Source: Malacoraja senta (lineage: Eukaryota). From it: a stretch of DNA of 64,000 bases. Position numbers and translations under genes: made by a program. This document shows, piece after piece, positions 60,524 to 64,000 of the stretch (positions are counted from its first letter, which is position 1; every line of letters begins with the position of its first letter). The stretch covers positions 1 through 64,000 of the forward strand of contig JAXLNO010000104.1 in assembly GCA_038087875.1 (NCBI GenBank), given 5' to 3'. The notes beneath the pieces were generated by a model. It had not been told where the DNA came from. It did not search any database and saw nothing but the letters and a program-made list of their open reading frames with translations.

Positions 60524-61464
60524 GTAAGGAAATCATTGTTTGCTGCTGTGTGAATCTCTGTTACAGGGAAAGATCTCTTCAACCAGCTAAGGGATTTTGT
60601 TGTAACTGGCAGTGAAATAAAAATAGCAGGGAGCCTCTTGGAATAAATATGTAAATATGAAAATATGTGAAGATTTTCTTTTGTATAAATCTTCCCATTC
60701 TTTTTTATCTAAATCAACCCTTTTATGATGTGTTATAGTGCAGAGTCACAGTTTATGTGGAGCCTTGCAGTATTGTCATTCTGGTTATGACAGGTTGTTG
60801 GCATTGCTGATCTGTACCACAATTTTTTTCTGCCATGACCAAGATCAGAAGAGATCTCCTATTTAAGATGCCAACAACACATGAACTCTTGATTGTAATG
60901 CAACAGTGTCACCACTGATTATATCTATCTTCTATCTATTCTATTCTATATGTATTACTAAAACTCTCATCTTGACCACTTCCTGTCTGCGTTGTAATTA
61001 AATGTAGTTCTACAATTTTTTCGCCACCTTCTCTGCTGCAAGTCAAATACGTTTTGCTACGATCGATGAAATAGTACAAAAGTTATGAAGGATTTGAAGA
61101 TTCCCCCTCCCCCCCTCCCCACAGCACCCCCCCCCTCTCCCACACCCCGCCAACCCCCTCTCCCCCTCCCCCCTCCCTACACAGCCCCTCCCCACACAGC
61201 CCCCTCCCCCAAACCGCCCTCCCCCACACCTCACTCCCCCACACCGCTCCCTACCCCACCCCCACCTCCCCCACAGCCCCCACCCCCACAAATCCCCCTC
61301 CCCACACTGCCCCCTCCCCCACACAGCCACACTGCCCCCTACCCCACACCGCCCCCTCTCCCACACCGCCCCCTCCCCCACAACCCACCCCCACATCCCA
61401 TCCCCCCTCCCCCACAGCCCCCCCACTCCCCCACATCTCCTCTCCCCCACATCCCCCCTCCCCA

Positions 61465-62055
61465 GGTTGAATGTTGAAAAATTAGCAGCGACTGGAATGA
61501 CGCCGCCATGGAGAGTAGCGAGAATTCTCGTGCCGTAGGTGGGTCGCCAGGAGGTCCTAATGAGTTGCCAGGAGGTCGAAGGTTCTTGTAGGTTATAGCC
61601 GGTGCTGATCGGTGAATTTCATTGGCTTATTGGGGGGAAAAAATGTAAGCAGTCGTTTTCAGAACCAAGGATAACCGACCAGTAATGTTAATGTCCGCCG
61701 AGCTTTACAGACGTTTATCTCTGGCTTCTTAAAATGTGTCTCCACTCCTTCACCCCCTTCTCCCCCCCTCTTTTAAAGGACTTACCATACACTGTGCTTT
61801 AGCCGTCTTAATTACAGCGCCAACCTTCCTGTTCATATCGGTGTGTGTCTGTATCACCTTGGCTTTGCACCGTGTGAATTTCACTCAGACAGCGCTCCCC
61901 CCGCTTGCCCTGTCTCCCGCCTGCATAATGGGCTGGTGAAGGAAGCGATGTGTGTGTTCCACTCTGACAGTCGCCGTTCCAGTTGCCGGTTATTCAGGCG
62001 ACTGCCGGCAACTTGACAGTCGCCCGACAAATCGCCTAAGTGGGACAAGCCCATA
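61465..62055. mobile_element. Partial MITE of the ctgtcccac family next to a C-rich low-complexity tract (61100-61463)
   Basis: Ends tcgcctaagtgggacaagcccataa, like the end at 30950-30965. Confidence 0.55.
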
Positions 62056-62105
62056 AGGTTCACGAAAGTCTCTTTAGTTTCATTTGGCTATTTTTAATTT
62101 TTTAG

Positions 62106-62433
62106 GAGTTAGTTGAAGATTTGAGCGTGGTTGAGATTGAAAATGAAAAGCTCAAGGACAAGCTTCTGGCTGAAAAACACGTAATGAGAACCAAGGTCCG
62201 AAATCTGACGGAAAAGAACGAGGCAGATTTTAAAAATCTCAACAGAAAACACAGCACTCAGCTCCGTAAAATCAGTGAGAAACATGCTGAAGAAACATCA
62301 CAGAAAGATCAGTGGTGTTTACATCTTACCAAAGATCTGCAACTTTTACGATCTCATGCCTGTGCACCTCTTGCAGAACAGGCAACTTGTTCTTTAAATT
62401 ATTACACCAAACAGAAGATTGGAGAACTGGAAG
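62106..62433 (+). CDS. GOLGB1-like coiled-coil exon
   Basis: tttttag / gtaatt boundaries; open frame ELVEDLSVVEIENEKLKDKLLAEKHVMRTKVRNL...QKIGELE; phase 0 to 1. Confidence 0.78.
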
Positions 62434-62936
62434 GTAATTACTCAAAGTTGACCTGTTAATATTTTTGGTCGGCCATAAATGTTCCTACCGCAGATTTGTA
62501 CATCTGTCGTCACCTGCTGTGTAATTATCTCGTCTCTGTAACCTTATGAGATTTTGTGTATGCAAATTGGTTGTTGTAATTCCCATATTTTATCACTGAT
62601 CACACTTAAAAATATACTTCATTGGTTGGTAAATGGGTTGATACGTTCAGTGATCAGGAAAAGTAGTGTGTAATCTAAGTTTTTTTCACTCAGGTATTCT
62701 GGTCAGATTCCTTGATCAGAAGATAGTGATGTTTAAAGATTCAAGAAAAGAATTCTTTGTGAAGCATTTGTGAGAGTCTGCCAAATGGCTGACAGGAACA
62801 CACAGTAGTCAATTGGACAGACTCGTACAGATGCTTTTCAAAACATTCTCTTCTTGAATCCTTTAAACTTCGCTATCACTGAATTTTAATTTTGAGAGGA
62901 TGCTGATAGTTTAAACATTGACATTGTGAAGGGTGC

Positions 62937-63220
62937 CTGGTGGCGCAGCGGTGGAGTTGCTACCTTTCAGCGGCAGAGACCTGGGTTTGATCCTGACTGT
63001 GGTGCTTGTCTGTATGGAGTTTGTATGTTCTCCCTGTGACCCCGTGGGTCCAAGTGCTCCGGTTTTCTCACACTCCAAAGACGTACAGGTTTGTAGGTTA
63101 ATTGACTTGGGTTGATGGTAAATTATCCCTAGTGTGTGTAGGATAATGTGAGCGTGCGAGGATCATTGGTCAGCACATACACGTGGTCGAAGGGCCTGTT
63201 TCCACGCTGTATCTCTAAAT
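62937..63220 (+). mobile_element. tRNA-derived SINE (HE1-like)
   Basis: ggtggcgcagcggtggagtt...gggtttgatcc; tail gggcctgtttccacgctgtatctctaaa. Confidence 0.88.
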
Positions 63221-63845
63221 AAAATCATTTGAAGACATTTTACCATTCACAATGCCCTTGCCGGAAATGGTACATCAAAGTATTTTAATTTCAAATAGCT
63301 TTTAATGAGAAGACCACAGAGCAACCAGGACATTTCATTAACTCCATGATTGTCTTCTCTCTGTGAGACTTGAGCTGTGTTTGCATGACAGTTTACGGAA
63401 GAGAGGGTGAAACCAGGGACAAGATACAATGATGGTGTAGACAGACTATTCAGCAGCAGAAGAGGATATTTAATTGGAGTAATTTAAAATAAAATAAGGG
63501 TTTTAATGGAGCCAGTGGAGAATGATCATTTTGTTTGTTTGGGATTAAGTAACTTTATACCTTTATTTCCAAAATGTTGCTGAGGAGACACATTTTCTGT
63601 GGAGCTTTATTCAAGCTTCAAATCTTTTCTCACTAGTGGAATTTATCATTGGATAAATATGTATATGGAATTACCATTTTGCCTTACAAATCTTCAAGCT
63701 TAATGAATTGTAGCATTTCAAGGATATTTTATGATTTCAAATGCTGGTAATTAGTAGAACAGATGATTTTCACTGATTGCCATTAACTGCGGTGGAAACA
63801 AATATCAGATCTTTACGGGTGTTTTTTCCTTTCTCTTTCTTAAAG

Positions 63846-63961
63846 AACAAGTGAGGCTTATGATGCTAGAGGCTGAAAAATCAGAGGCCAGGTTCATTAC
63901 AATGGAAGCTCAGTCCAAATCGCAAATCAAGCAGATTAAAGAGGAGCTGGAGAATGTACAG
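63846..63961 (+). CDS. GOLGB1-like coiled-coil exon (gene continues beyond the window)
   Basis: tctttcttaaag / gtaccc boundaries; EQVRLMMLEAEKSEARFITMEAQSKSQIKQIKEELENVQ; the phase-1 start fits the previous exon. Confidence 0.78.
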
Positions 63962-64000
63962 GTACCCCAAATAAAAAACCATTGTGCCTGGTGACGATTA

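Noticed and set aside
61043..61477. Pro-rich and Gly-rich ORFs
   Set aside because: Low-complexity poly-C tract.

Overview
Repeat-rich vertebrate DNA, most likely from a cartilaginous fish (skate/ray-like). This is inferred from the CR1/HER1-type LINEs with (TTCTATGT)n tails, tRNA-derived SINEs and Penelope-like elements. The main content is a tandem PRDM9 locus on the + strand. (i) An open terminal exon (1446-2344) encodes the post-SET finger and an 84-bp minisatellite C2H2 array whose variation is concentrated at DNA-contact positions; the rest of this gene lies upstream of the window. (ii) A 360-bp fossil copy of the array end sits at 5453-5810. (iii) A second, disabled PRDM9 copy (14795-34724) has recognisable post-KRAB, SSXRD, zinc-knuckle and PR/SET exons. 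It carries an SSXRD frameshift and a deletion removing the catalytic WYG tyrosine, and has no visible KRAB-A or zinc-finger exon. A CpG-island promoter built partly from a 48-bp CCAAT/GC-box tandem repeat lies at 9130-9760. The right third holds exons of a giantin (GOLGB1)-like coiled-coil gene in which one 114-bp symmetric exon is present four times. That region also contains a young L1 with an intact 1266-aa ORF2 flanked by a perfect 130-bp direct repeat. Other elements: nested Penelope/CR1 insertions with minimal hammerhead-ribozyme motifs, Rex/Babar, L2 and DIRS-like remnants, MITEs and minisatellites. Homology calls come from recalled motifs, not database searches.
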